Positions 12,007-24,799 of a DNA stretch of 64,000 nt are shown here, piece after piece. Under the pieces are notes generated by a model that was not told the origin of the DNA, did not search any database, and worked only from the letters and a program-made list of their open reading frames with translations. Origin of the DNA: Dicyema japonicum (taxonomy: Eukaryota > Animalia > Dicyemida); NCBI GenBank assembly GCA_011109175.1, contig RDEW01000003.1, positions 1,627,546 to 1,691,545 on the forward strand, given 5' to 3'. The position numbers and the translations under genes were made by a program. Each line of letters begins with the position of its first letter. The first letter of the stretch is position 1.

Positions 12007-13313
12007 CTAATTAACGCTGGCAAACCCAACACGATCCTTATCAAAGTCAAAGACGGTATAGTAATTCCGAATGAAGACATCTCCTAAAATCCAAATTTGG
12101 TCACCAGGTAAATCCATCCCAATAATATCAACTATACAAAACTCCACCAAAATCTTAAAGGCTGGAGTAGGTAGTCATCAGGAGTCAAAACATACTTCTC
12201 ATCACCAATAACAAACTCCAAGTTAGGCATACTCGACTTACTCTCACATCTCACGACAGGCTAAACTAATCCCACAACTCACCAATCCCTTAACTCTGAT
12301 GGCTCCAATTGAATTTATTATTTTGTCAACCTGTTCACTGGGTCCAACAATCAAACTCGTCCCAGTGTCCGCGATCGCCTGCACGTTTTCTGCCTTAAAG
12401 TCGCCGAATGTAACGCTTGAATGATTTAACCACTCAACCTCTTCACATCGAACTGCCAGTACTTCTTCCTGGTCACAGGCACATAGTTAAACTTCCCAGA
12501 GGCCAGCTTATAATCTATCCACCCAATACTGAGTTCTCCACCGACTTTTGATTTTGGGTCCCTGAGATCAAAGTAAAGTCCACCTCGACAGATAAAAACC
12601 AAAGATCCCATGATTAATAAGTTTTTGATCCAACATCTCCTGGATGGGAGGACGTACTCCATTCACGGCGATGGAAGGGTACGCCATTCCGAAGATTCCG
12701 TCGAACTTGCCCATGCTAATGGCGAAACTCTCCTCTGTGACCTCACCGAAGGTTTGATTCTGTACTTTCATCGAGCCAATCTGGTTTTATAGACACACAA
12801 ACTGTGAGGACATCCTTACTGAGGAACCCGGAGATCTGCCCAGATCCATACTGGATCGTCATCATCCTCCCATCTTTCTGATAAGTAGAGGAGGCGTCGC
12901 TGTTGTATTTATCACGTGCTACAATTATTTCAGGGCTTACAGATAAGATTTCCCTTGACTGATGGACCCACAAATTGGAGGAACCTGTATCAAAAATAAC
13001 TTTAAATGACTGTTCAGGGGTCCCAATATCGATTTCTCCGTAGTATTGAGTCTAGTTATAACTCATAACTTACATTCATGTAGTCATTAAGAATCACGTT
13101 CGGACCTGATCCAATATTGGCGGAATTCGAGAACATAACTTGGGATTTGGAATCCAAGATTAATGAAAACTCTTCATTCAATAAAGATTCTTCTAACTGT
13201 TTCTTAACAATGGATTTCTTTCTTTTGTGTAGGTTGATTCTAAAACATTATTTCCCATGAATGAACTTGAATGATGAAATAAGCGAAAAGAACAACAAGA
13301 AAGCAAATATCAT
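12007..13313 (-). CDS. CTSD: cathepsin D-like aspartic protease (multi-exon, signal peptide)
   Basis: [11 protein letters not shown] signal; [66 protein letters not shown]; ~22-nt introns; one apparent 1-nt deletion near 12965. Confidence 0.95.
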
Positions 13314-13419
13314 TTACATATAAACAATGTCAATTTTATTTAAATTGAAAGGTTAGCCAATTATTAATAAATATAAATAACGCAAATAAATCTTAAATAT
13401 TGCATCAATCATTTATCCA

Positions 13420-14171
13420 GAGTGTATCAGCAATCACGCAGAAGATTATAAGAAAAACTCCGATATGTATAAGTACTGGTGATCACGAGGAATGATTCAA
13501 TGGGATAGAAAATATATAAGGTTCACGTTATACCCATTGAATGATAGCTGAGATTGGACAACAAACAGCCACGAAGATGGGAAGACTTCATCGTCAAAGT
13601 AACCACCGGAGTCTTAAGGACTAATCTTATCAGCATATATTAATTACAATTTTTCCATTTCAAATATTGCTGACAAGAACTTATGTAGGAAAAGAACAAG
13701 AAATATTGATGTTGTGTAAATATAATCACGATTTATTGTGGTTCTCGATTTGCGTTAAATCCACCCAGAGACCAGCCCATTCCGAACCATGGTTGTGGGA
13801 ATTTCTTTTTATAATCAAATAATGTAGGGAGAATTGATCATCCTTATATATGCTGTCCTGGCCTGGCTGCTTCCTCAAACTGGTGGATTCCATGACACTA
13901 CGCTAGTTGAACGAAGAGAGGGATAGGGCATAGGAGAACCTTCGATCGAGTAACTAGCGAAGAAATCAGACCTAAGACCATCGTTATATACTTGATGCCC
14001 AAACAGGATGCCATGTGAACGCGTATTACTTATTCATGATTTTTATGTGGGTCACCTGTTCGTGTAGAAAACTGCTTACATTTGTAGTGAACGGATCCAA
14101 TCTCTCGCTTACCGAGCAACTACCAAAGAGTTTGCTTGGTAGTGGCTTCGAGACCACTGCCAAGCTACCAT
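13420..14171 (-). CDS. putative multi-exon orphan gene, possibly a membrane protein; exon structure unresolved
   Basis: Exon-like composition, several 22-24-nt GT-AG candidates, hydrophobic stretches; no family recognised. Confidence 0.35.
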
Positions 14172-14202
14172 TCCCAGATTTCTTACGACAAAATTAACAA
14201 AA

Positions 14203-14964
14203 TTAGACAGAACTTTTAATTTTCTGTTCAATTTTATTATTCAGAACCCTCAATTGATATTCTTTTTCTTTAATCTTCACTTCCAAGTCGTCTTTGGGAG
14301 ATACAAACTCGTGGGTCGGAGATTCCAACACACCAGAACGAATTCTAGCTCATAAATATACTGAGATCAACTTATTTTTGAAATTTAGTACTTTTTGTTC
14401 CAGTTCTTTCAGACTTGACATTGGATGGACCACGTGGTGATTCATCGACCTGCCTATATAAAATTAGTCACTCCAACCGTCTAAGATCGAAAGGTGGGGA
14501 AGAAGGAAGACTATATTAGTGTGGTAGTGGGGATTGAGACAAATTGGGTTTGTCATTGAGTCGGTCTTGCTTTGAAGTCTCAGGTTGTACAACTTTTCCA
14601 AAGAGATAAGACTCCGAATGGATTTCAGTCTAAAATAACAAAAGTAAGAAAACGAAGAGATTTGATTGGCCGAGGCGTCCAAAAATTCAAGAGATTCGAG
14701 TCTTTGCATGCCATCTAAAATGCATATTCTCGTCACCTAAATTTTTGAGGTCGTTGCTGGAAATGTTCAGGAATTTGAGTAACGGGAGATTCTCAATTCC
14801 ATTTAACGACTTGAGGGAGTTGTCGGAAATGTTCAGGACTTCTAAATATTGACAGTTTGATATGCCCCCGAGTTCAGAAAGGCCTTGATTCACCAGATTA
14901 AGTGAATATATTTGATCCAAGTCAACTCTTTGGTGATTTTTTTAATTTTGTCCCTTTTATCCAT
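14203..14964 (-). CDS. LRRC61: leucine-rich repeat protein, LRRC61-like
   Basis: LRRs (LEVLNISDNSL, LKFLNISSNDL, LEFLDASANQI) and cap LRLQ...NPICLNPHY...LLPHLSILDG resembling LRRC61; short introns; 1-nt frameshift near the start. Confidence 0.72.
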
Positions 14965-15049
14965 GAAGAGTGATTTGGTCGCTAAGGTTTAATATTAATT
15001 TTTTTATTCATTTTTAATTCATTAATAATTATTTTTTCAAAACATTTTG

Positions 15050-15180
15050 CAGGCGTGACGGAAAAACACCAGGGATGACAATCTTCCCTTATGAAGCCTG
15101 GAAACCTCTTGTCTGGGACATCACTTCACCGACATATTTGCCCTTGCAACCTACTGTTCTTCCGCTGAGAGGTCAAGAGG
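15050..15180 (+). mobile_element. CRE-like LINE endonuclease fragment
   Basis: RRDGK..GMTIFPY...KPLVWDIT. Confidence 0.65.
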
Positions 15181-15299
15181 TTAAATTATTGTTTAAACAT
15201 TAAAAAATGAGAGGTATAGCCAAATTTAAATCAATCATCCTATTTTGTTAGTTATCCAACAGATATCATATTATACGACCAATACATTGAGTCATGCAT

Positions 15300-15560
15300 T
15301 TCATGTGGCATATGGGACCCATTCATCAATTAGACAAATGTTTTGAAAATCGAGACTAGCTGAAAGAGAGTCTTAAAAATTAAGGAATGGTGGACTTCTG
15401 GAAAGTCCTAGTCTCCAATGCCTCTGGAATCCCTAATACGCAAGAACCGAGGAACTTGCCGGTTGTGACTACGAAGATCCAGGATCGAGGGAGGAGCAAG
15501 TTGAGGCATCTGCTAGAGCGTGCTGGAATCACGTGATTAATTAGTTTGGTGTTATTATTG
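15300..15560 (+). mobile_element. Vingi-like LINE 3' end
   Basis: Ends ...ERAGIT* followed by TTAGTTTGGTGTT, as in family B tails. Confidence 0.65.
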
Positions 15561-15850
15561 TTATATTTAATTTAATAACCCCGGATACACCGAGAAAGAA
15601 GTTAAAGTAAACAACTAATTAAATGTATCCAGTTTCCACTTCTACAGAAAGAGTCTATCCGGAATCAGCATATAAAAGGTAAGACGTCCATTACATGCAG
15701 TTGTGGAAACCCCTCCAGTGGAGTGGGAGAGAGCAAATGATCCTTTTTCGTGCCGTCCTGGCACTGGGCGCCACCTAGACAGGTGGGTCACATGACGACA
15801 CTTTAATAGGTAGATAGGAGGAACAGACGAACAAAGCAGAAACTTATTGA
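15561..15850 (-). mobile_element. Vingi-dependent SINE copy S1 (5'-truncated)
   Basis: Reverse complement aligns to 46140-46433, including the structured motif and TCTCGGTGTATCCGGGGTT tail. Confidence 0.9.
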
Positions 15851-15898
15851 ATATATTTGAATTATTATCCCCAAGGCGACAGAATCAATAATAAATAG

Positions 15899-17308
15899 AT
15901 GAATCATGAAATATCGAGGAAAACTGAACTAAGTTTCGTAAAGCTAATCCGTAAACCTCAGTTGACTGAGAAACTACTATTTCGACCACCATTTCGGTTC
16001 ATCCATGACATAGTCTCTGCTGTATTTAATAATAGAAGACTTGTAGGTGGGGAAGTCTGTTTCAATAATGGAGGGTCTTTTCACGGAATTTGAACAAAAT
16101 TCTGAAAATTTGAAAGATAAGGAAAGCCGATTAAGATATTTATCGAAACTCATCGAATTTGTGTGTAAGATTTTCACTAATCCCCAGCATTAGCCGCCAA
16201 CTTGAAGATGGATGTGAAGCCTTCCAAGATAGTCGCCGGCTTGGAAGCAGAAAAGACAAACTTGCTTCTCCAAAAGTTGGCTCAAGTTGCCAAGAAAAAG
16301 ACAGTTTTGACAACAAATCTATTTTGAGTACAATGATAGGGAAATTGTGAATCAGGTTTTGATCGCCTTCCACGAAAAGTCAGTCCCCGACTCGGAACAG
16401 CTCGAAGAAAAACAGGGGCAACCAAAGAGTCCATCCCCCATACCAAACAACGAAGAGGTTTGAGGCCCAAATTAGTAAGACCGACCTCAGCAAAGGGAGA
16501 TAAACCAAGAACAGTAATAGAACACGTGACAACTGAGAATTGTAGCAATATTTCTGAACAGAATTAGATAACTCAAATTCTAGGAAAGAAATCCCAAAGC
16601 CGGTACCCAAGAAAAGAAACCTGAGCAACCTCCTCCAGTTAAAAGACCTCAATCGTCAAGGAGAGGACCTCCGCAAGTGACTCCAAATGTGCGAAGGTGA
16701 TCAGTCCCCCACCGGTCCTTGAGTCGGTAGTCGATGAAAACTCCTCAGATAGTGACTTTTTGGTGCAAGAACAGAAGAAAATCGCGGAAAACGTGAATCA
16801 ACTTAATAATTCATAGAATGAAAAGATCATTGTTGAACAAGGTGGTCTCGTAACCAAGCTCCTCAAGTCAAAGGAAGAGTTCTCAGGTGAGGACCCGTTC
16901 CAGAAAAAGTACCACATGTCCAACGAAAAGGATCTGGCAGAAATTAAAAATCTGCGAGATTCAGTGCAGCAGATGACTGCGCAAGTCAACCAAATGGCCA
17001 AGGTACTACGTGTCTACTTAGATCAGGTGTTTGACTTTAGTCAGCAGCACGAAGATTTAGTTTTGATAATGAGAGAGTTAGAGAAGTGGAGAGAAGAGGA
17101 TGAACAGATGGCCCAATCAGTCTCAGCGGCAGAAGAGTCAGATCCTCAAACGGAAGAGATCTCCCACCTGGAAGGACAGATAGAATCACTGAATGCCCAG
17201 ATCAGGGCAGTAGAACTAGAGACAGAACGGAGGAGGGCCCACATTATACGGAATTCAAGCAAAATCGAATCAACACTGGCATTCTTAGCGAAAGGAAACA
17301 GCCAATAA
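15899..17308 (+). CDS. TRAF3IP1: intraflagellar transport protein IFT54 (TRAF3IP1/MIP-T3)
   Basis: N-terminal CH-like [24 protein letters not shown]; low-complexity middle; C-terminal coiled coil [10 protein letters not shown]...[10 protein letters not shown]. Confidence 0.9.
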
Positions 17309-17323
17309 ATTAACGTTAATAAA

Positions 17324-18124
17324 TTAAAGATATTTTCCCTTCCACTCGTACTCGTACCTAGACAACCACTCGTGACACCCCGCTATATTATTCTTGATGC
17401 AGAACTCCATTGTGAACTTGTTCAAATTGTTCCTTTCTACTAGTTCAATATCCTCCCTCTCCTTCATTAGCATTTCGTAGCTCACTGGCCGTCCCTTCAT
17501 GGGTAGTGTCGATGCCAGGGTTTTCAACAGTCTCTCAACGTTGGAATATTCACAACGTCCCCCAATTTCTAGCAATATTCTGTCCGCCTTCACGGGAACG
17601 ACGTACTCTGAGATAGGTCCTTTCCCTCCCATTCGTTTCCCCTTAGAACGGGCGGTTATCGGCTTCCAAGGGGCATCGATTCTCCACACAGCGAAGAATC
17701 TCTGTCCGTCCCCCACGAATTTGTTTACAAGGAGTCTGATCCTCTCCACGTGACGGAATGAGAGGTACCCACCGCGGAGAATCAGAAATTAATAAAATAA
17801 GTACTTGAACACCATATTGCTTATGGATCAGCTCATTTTGGAGTTCCTCGGGTCCCCGAATGTCGATTAGTCTCTTCGTCATCTTCCGAGGACGAATGTA
17901 AGTAAAATCAGGAGTTTTTTCCAATATCTTCAGTTTTGGCTTCTCAGGAAAGACAACCCCTTCAATGACATAAAAAGATACAGTCATAATTAGGCGGTGG
18001 CTTATAGTTGTAAGGTTTTTGTCGTGAAATCCCGGATTTTTAAGTTGGCCTTATAATTCGTACATTATAAACTACTTATTAACGATGAAAATGCTCTCAC
18101 CCCACTACGAGCGCCGGGCAACAT
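17324..18124 (-). CDS. MRPL16: mitochondrial ribosomal protein L16 (uL16m)
   Basis: PEKPKLK, RLIDIRGPE, FAVWRIDAPWKPITARSKGKRMGGKG, ILLEIGG; start approximate. Confidence 0.92.
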
Positions 18125-18209
18125 GCAAAGTAAAAAAATATTTAAAAATATTATTATTTAAAATGTTCTTTCTACATTTTGTAGGTGAGTCATTAGTCCC
18201 TGTTAATTA

Positions 18210-19283
18210 TTGAATATTTTTAACTTTTTTCATTTGCTTAAAAATTTCTGTCATTTTCTGGCGATCCTAATTTATAATAAAATTCCTGACATTCATCGGT
18301 TTCCAATCTGAGTCTTCAAATCTGTCAGAGTCAATGTCATCATAGAGATGACCATATTCGTACTCTTCACTTAGTTGTCCCACATCCTAAAATATCGTCA
18401 TTTGTCCAACTATTGGTGGAAAATGAGTGATCTCTTCGTCTAAAGTTACTGAAGGACCGTCTCCTATCATCTGACAACATTCCTTAAGATTCCTCCTCTT
18501 AAAATAAACAAAAAAAACCAAACCTTTCTAGCAGATCTGCATGACTTGCTGTCAGGGATTATTGACTTGTTAAGCTGCACCATTCTCATCAGTTTAGTCT
18601 GCCTCGAAGTAAGGACCACTCCTTGGATTTGAGTTTTTTCTCTTTTTTTTGATCTTGTCCTTTGTTCGGCTAAATTCACCATTTTCATCAACTTTAGTTG
18701 ACTTTACTATTTTATTTGACTTTTCTTTGGTTTTTGGAGTCTTATTCTCTATTCTCGGCAATTTCACGTGTGATTTTGTCTCGTCTAGTCATATGAGAGC
18801 GGAATACCTAGAATATCCCTTATTTGAGCAATCTGACCCTCGTGGAGCTCGTTGACCCTCTCCAAATTCTTTATTGCCTCCAAAATGGGGGGAAGATGTG
18901 CTGAAAAATACTCAATGGGATCACGTGATTCCACCTCCACGTGTCTGGTAGCGGTAATGTCCTCAAATAATTCTGGAAACTCTTCATTGTATTGTACTAG
19001 GTCTGTTTGTTGAGGATATTACAAGAGTATGAAGAGACCAGTCCATCGATGCGATGTCCTCGCTGAAGGAGGTCTTTTAGTCTTTCGAGATGACGCAGTC
19101 GGACCGCCTCTTTTTGGGCCATTTGGGTCTTTTCCTGAATGACGAAACTAAAATTTGCTTTTTCCAAGGTTTTTTTCGGTTGTAGATTTTCTGGCTGTCT
19201 CACGTGGTCTCTAGTTGAGATAAATGTCTAAAATATATATTAAAGAAGACATTTCCCGTATAAATACTATTCATTATTACCAT
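18210..19283 (-). CDS. putative multi-exon orphan (charged / coiled-coil protein)
   Basis: ATG after an AT-rich promoter-like region, 23-nt intron candidate, open exons (QKEAVRLRHLERLKDLLQRG; NEEFPELFEDI); no family recognised. Confidence 0.45.
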
Positions 19284-19429
19284 GGTTATTTTTTATTTTT
19301 GTTCTAAAAAATTTAAATATTTTTTTAAATTATGGTTTTGTAGTGTTAATCAAAAATAATTACGGTTTATCCTTATAACTTCAAATTGTGTTTTTAAATT
19401 AATTTTAGGCAGCTTAGTGGCCAGTAAAG

Positions 19430-20246
19430 GATGTCTGAAGTCAATTCACCATTGAGAGAAATTTGTTTCATAGTGGGACATTTGAGAGAAATTTGTAAGA
19501 AAAAATCAAATGCGACTGATGTTAGTATAGGAAAAACCCTTCAAGGTGAGAGACAGCTTGATAGAAAGAAAATAATTCCAGCTAAAAAGACTATGACAAG
19601 TTTATACCAAGTTAAATATGGAAGATTTTTTAAAATAAATCATTTTTCACAAAAAATGAACATTATTTTTATTTATTTATTTAATTAAAAAATTAATAAT
19701 GAAAATTAGACAATAATTAGGACAGACAGATTGGCAACAGAACATTATTTTGGTAAAAAAAATCTGTAAAGATATCGGTCCTTTGTGCAGTAGTATTAAA
19801 GGTTAAAAGTTAAAACCGTTGGTAATTGGAAAGTTTAAATCACTGAGGATTATACAGTACAAATTTTAAATTATAGATGTAAGAACATCCAAGAATGCAG
19901 TGATATTTTCAATTGGTTACAAAAAATTAATAATAAACTGTTATTATAGAATCCACAAATTTTAATTCTTGATAATGCTCGATGTCACGTTTGTCACAAT
20001 TCATTATTTAATACTTGTCCTGAAACACTTAGAGAATATATGATTTCAGACTGAACGTCTCCAAGAAATTAGGAAAAAATACAATATGGGAAAAAATACC
20101 GATTACTATTTTAATTAATAAATAAAATGGCTTTTTATTTTGACATTCTATTTAATTTAGAAAATTTAAAAATAGTATTGAAAAAAAATAAAATATTTTA
20201 CTCTCTTTATTTGGGGCGTTTTTAATTGGGGGCAGGGGTTGAATTG
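19430..20246 (+). mobile_element. degenerate pogo/Tigger element with 3' TIR
   Basis: KPLVIGKFK, ILILDNARCH (DDE_1); end GGGGCAGGGGTTGAATTG-TA; 19990-20240 homologous to the 30031-31858 element. Confidence 0.75.
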
Positions 20247-20247
20247 T

Positions 20248-21260
20248 ATTTATTCAAAAACCTCAAGGCCACAAAGAAGATAGGTTAAACCCAGTAATTA
20301 GGTGATCCCTGCCTCCAATAAACTCTCTATGAATGTTCAGCGACCCAACTGCTATCCGGAAGTGCTTTCTTTTGTATCTGAATATGAATTCCATTGATAT
20401 GCCATTCTTTATGGTCGATCGGAATTCCTCTGCATAAGTTACCCTTCCTCTGAATGGGTTTCCTAGCTCCTTACAGAAACGTAGGAAACACTGGCCATTT
20501 CTCATCGTTTCACCTCAGAAAGAAGACTGGTGGTGGATGAGCTAAAAGAATAGGGATGTCTCCAAAGAATACCTCGAGCTTACACTTAAATTTCCTGTCC
20601 GTAATGAGACCTGGATGCAGACACAGGCAACATATTTTCGGATAGCCAGTCACATATCTGGTTGAGGTGTTATTATAGTACAGGCCTGACTACCTATTCG
20701 ACAAAATACTATCTTGAAGTTTGGACTTTATTTTTGGCAACAGAATAGTTGATTCCAATGGAAAAACAAGTAAGGATAATATTGGAAAACTCTCCTAGCC
20801 TTTGGCTCACTATCTAATGATGTCATCTTATAGATCAAGGTTCCTCAAATGAGACACCTAAATACTTTAACGTAAAAGTCCACTGGATTGGGGGTCGCCA
20901 ACTGTTTTATTTCAACTGGGAAGAGTACTATAACCAAAATCGCCTGATCCTATAAGTTCTTTGTGACCACTAAGTGCAAATCCATTTACTTATAAGTGGC
21001 ATAGGATGCACAAGGAACACGGAGATATCATCCAACACCATAGACTTGATTCCCCTCTTTTTATTTTGGCTGAATATGATCGAGCCTAAAGCGTATTATT
21101 TCCTAATGATCACTAGCTTTCTACATGGGGTCAACAAGTTAATTTAACTTTAGGGGGATTAATTCAGAATTTAACGACAAATCAAGGAAAGAATTATTGC
21201 ATCCACATCAGAGGCTTTACAAGACTATATTAAATAGTAAACTTTAAGATCTTAGCTGTT
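20248..21260 (-). mobile_element. degenerate Vingi-like LINE (RT remnant + 3' end)
   Basis: 3' end ...LEAGIT* with (TAAA)-like tail; RT remnants upstream. Confidence 0.65.
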
Positions 21261-21377
21261 AGAACACCTGAAGATAAAGTAGCTTAGTACTGTCGTTAGC
21301 GTAGCATTTAGTTCGATTCTCACACTGCTAATATTGGCTGAAAGATTTCTCTGTTTTTTGCCTCTTCAATTCTTACA

Positions 21378-21545
21378 GGCGTCATTGGATCCACATAACT
21401 CAGGAAACACCCAACGTCTGTCCGGCATCCAAAAAGGATCACTCTCTTATCTACTAGAGAAATTTCCACAATACTTGGAAAGGAAATTTCCCACTCAGTC
21501 CGGAGGAACCTCTCTCAGGTGTTAAAAAGACCACCAACGAAAAGT
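21378..21545 (+). repeat. old SINE-like element carrying a degenerate copy of the structured head motif
   Basis: GGCGTCATTGGATCC...GGCATCCAAAAAGGATCAC; similar to 39268-39440 and to the SINE motif. Confidence 0.6.
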
Positions 21546-21622
21546 AAATTTGTTTTATTTATTATTATAACATATTAGTTATTATTTGTGGGATTTAATT
21601 TATAACAACCATTATGTGATGA

Positions 21623-24600
21623 TTAATTGGAAATATCTTCAGTTAGACTTTTTGTCTTTTCCAATAAGATGCTGGAACTGACGATATTTATTGATTTTGT
21701 CAGGTTGTCGATCCATCTAAAGTGATCACGTGGGTTACTCGGTTTTGATGGAAATTGAGGGAGTCTCAAACTCATAGAGATGGGCCTCGGGGATAGAAAC
21801 TGGAATGAAAAAGATTCTTGCATCTAAATTATATGGTAGACTCAACCTAGGGCATGACTGCGGGGGGTAAATATTGATTTGAGCTTCAAAATCTGGGTTA
21901 AATGCACTTTTGGTCCCACGGTGGGCTTGTGGCTGATAGTTTTGAGGACATAGCGGTTCTCGCATATTTGTAACAGCACCAGCATGTCATCAACAATAAT
22001 GCCAGAATCTCCACACATTTCTTATTCACGTGCCAAATCAGATTGCCTTCGTAAATAAGGTTCTTGTCATGAAAGAGATATTCTGGAATAAGAACACGAT
22101 TACTTTGTACTCGGAAAAGTTGGGATCCCCGGACTTTATATCCATTCTCTTAGAGACGTCGTCGATTCTTCTGCTGTTTTCGCACAAAGTTACGTTCTCG
22201 ACGACTGTGGAAAGAAAAGCAACTGAAACATCATAGGCCCGCTGAGCTAACTCCTTCTCTTCCTCTAGAATTGACTGACTTGTAGTACCCTCGGAATATT
22301 TTAGGATTTGCTTAATTAGGAGTGGATATTTTGTGATTCTCTGCATCTCCCCAACCATTAGGTCCAGAAACATTCGTTTTCCGCAAAGAGGGTCCTGTTC
22401 GGACTCCTAAGTTGATTAAAAAGCCGACCGAGATAATGGACATCAGCTTTTGGTCGTTTTTTATGATTACACGGTATCTATCAAGGGAAAACTTTTGGTC
22501 TCTGCAAAAGCACGAGGCAGCAAACATAAACTCCTCCTCCCCCAACTTCAAATTAGCATTACGACTACATTATCGATCAGCACGTGGCAAATTGACTGAT
22601 CCAAGTCGTCGCTGTACTTTTTAAGATCATTACAAAACTTTTCTGCTGTTATTTGGAAGAATACCATGGAATTGAGTGAGCTGAATCAGATTTGGGAAGA
22701 GGAGTTCGACCAGTCCAGCAAAGGATGACTTTTTGACCATTTTACTGCGGAAGAGGTAGTTTAGGATTTTGATATTTCGAACATGGCTCCGTTCTGTGTG
22801 GATAAACTCTACTTTAAATAATCAAGCCCAACCATTGGTGACCTCCATCAACTTCATCCTCTTTTCCGTCACGTTGGGTACTTTGACTCGGAAATCATCG
22901 GGAGTTCAGTCGGATATTCTATATCAGGGTCACTTTCCTTGTTAGAACATAGACTGACCAGATCTCGTGAGTGTAGGAGATCGACCTTTGTCTGTCGAGA
23001 ACTTTGTTTTGTCACAAGGTGTGGCGAAATCCACTTTTTTGTCAGAATTGGGAATTTCGGCTGCAAATAAGTAGGTTTTTACTGTTCTTCCTCGTAAATC
23101 CTATAGTTACATTTCTGGTCCGTTTTACACACGTGTTAAAGTCCACCGCAGTGACACATGTGGTGTGGAAAGTCATTTCACAGTCTAAGAGTCAGCCACG
23201 TGCCCACTTGAACAGGAGAAACCCTGAGGAGCAGGTCCTGCCAAAACTTTAGAGCAGAAAGAGCAGATTTTGTCCTTTTTGCAGTAAATCTCAGAGAGAC
23301 TGTGATTTTTAACCTAAATGGGGCAATGTGTTCTAGTTATCCAACCTTCCGAGGAATTTTGTTCTTGTATTCGAAGGGATACTTCAGAAGGGCTCGGTTG
23401 GAAGAGGAGGAGAATACTCCCACAGAGTTGTACCCAATTTGTTGGTAGGTAGTGAATATTACTGACTTTACTAGGGATATCTTAACCTCATCGTGGAGAG
23501 AACTTCATATTACTCGGGTATTAACCTTTCCAGGCGTTTGTAGAACTCATTTAGCATTTTGTGGATAAGCATGTCCATTTCAAGCCTCTTCATGTTGGGG
23601 TAAACTGCATCTGAGCCATACTGGTTGTTAGTCCCTACCAAATGATCCCAACCCCCACCGATAATGCAGCTCGTATAGTAAGACTCACACACCTCCTCCA
23701 GAAGAGGAGCCACCAGAGACTTCAAATCGCTGAATATCTCATGTGCTGAGACGTCCTTGTCGTTTATACTTTCCAGGATCTTCGTTGAGTTTAAATCCAC
23801 AATATCCAGCCTCAAATGCTAGGAAGTCAATACGATGTCTTACGGCTTGGCTTGGGTGCAGGAAAATTGAGTAAATTTCGTAGGCCCCAATTTGCCAGTT
23901 CCTCTGCTTTTTCTTCTCAAATACTTCAACGATGAGATAGAACAGCTATAATAATACAAATGAGGACCAAAGTGAACAAATGCTTAGTTTCACTTTGGCA
24001 ATACAACAAGAGGACGCAGAGATAAGCTGGATTGCCGAGGATAAAGGCAATCCCACGTGGGGTGGTAATCTAAGTCATTAAAATTTACGAGATACAAAAT
24101 AATTGGATTTATTTAACTTTTTAACTCCAATGTCACTCTAAAATATCACTGAATTTATAACCTTCAGATTTGAGAAGGACTCGAGACTGGCAGTGCGGTG
24201 GGGGATACCGGACATACTTAAGGACATCATTGAGTTGCACTATGGGAATACTGCCATAATATACATAGGAGGTCCCTCCTAATTGTTTGATGGCCAGCAA
24301 AGAGTTTGAGGAATCCTTAAATATTTAAAAACACAGCCACGTTTACGACTTTGTTTGACTTTACTTGTAAAAGCAGAAAGGGTCCGCAATCTAGGGTCAA
24401 AAGGGGAGTGAACCTTTCATGATATCGACAGTCCTCTCATAGGAGAGCTTGCTCACGTCAATTCCGTTAACCTGAATTTTAATACGGCAAAAAGTTACCT
24501 TTAAGATTGAATCTCCCTTTGAAATTGAACTAGTACTTGCAGGACTGTCTGAAATAAATATTAGTTCAACCAAAAATAATTTTTTTCACAAAGGGAGGAT

Positions 24601-24664
24601 TAGAGCCAGCAATGAAAAAGCCAATAGTCCCATTTTTATCCTTTTGAATGGCAATAAAACGCAT
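21623..24664 (-). CDS. RhoGEF2: PDZ-RGS-DH-PH Rho guanine nucleotide exchange factor (ARHGEF11/12, RhoGEF2 family)
   Basis: PDZ (GTIGFFIAGSNPPFV...GDSILKVNGIDV), RGS-like (PAYLCVLLLYC...LFYLI), DH (MQRITKYPLLIKQILKY), PH (RIFFIPVSIPEAHLYEFET); many micro-introns. Confidence 0.85.
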
Positions 24665-24799
24665 TAAAAAGCTGACATTAATAATGCTAATCCAAACTAA
24701 TTTTGTATGTATGAATTTAATTAATTATGGATTTACATATTCCGGTTCACCGATTAAAAAACTAAATATTATTAAAATTTAAAAATAAAATTATTTTAT

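Noticed and set aside
12960-12972. Frameshifts in conserved genes (CTSD ~12965, LRRC61-like ~14930, MRPL16 ~18040, Rab23 ~44228) as pseudogenisation or programmed frameshifting
   Set aside because: All are single-base indels at or near short homopolymers in otherwise intact genes; assembly error is the simpler explanation.
16140-17001. Antisense ORFs over IFT54, MRPL16, the RT fragments and others in the ORF track
   Set aside because: Shadow frames of real genes or TEs with no independent motifs.
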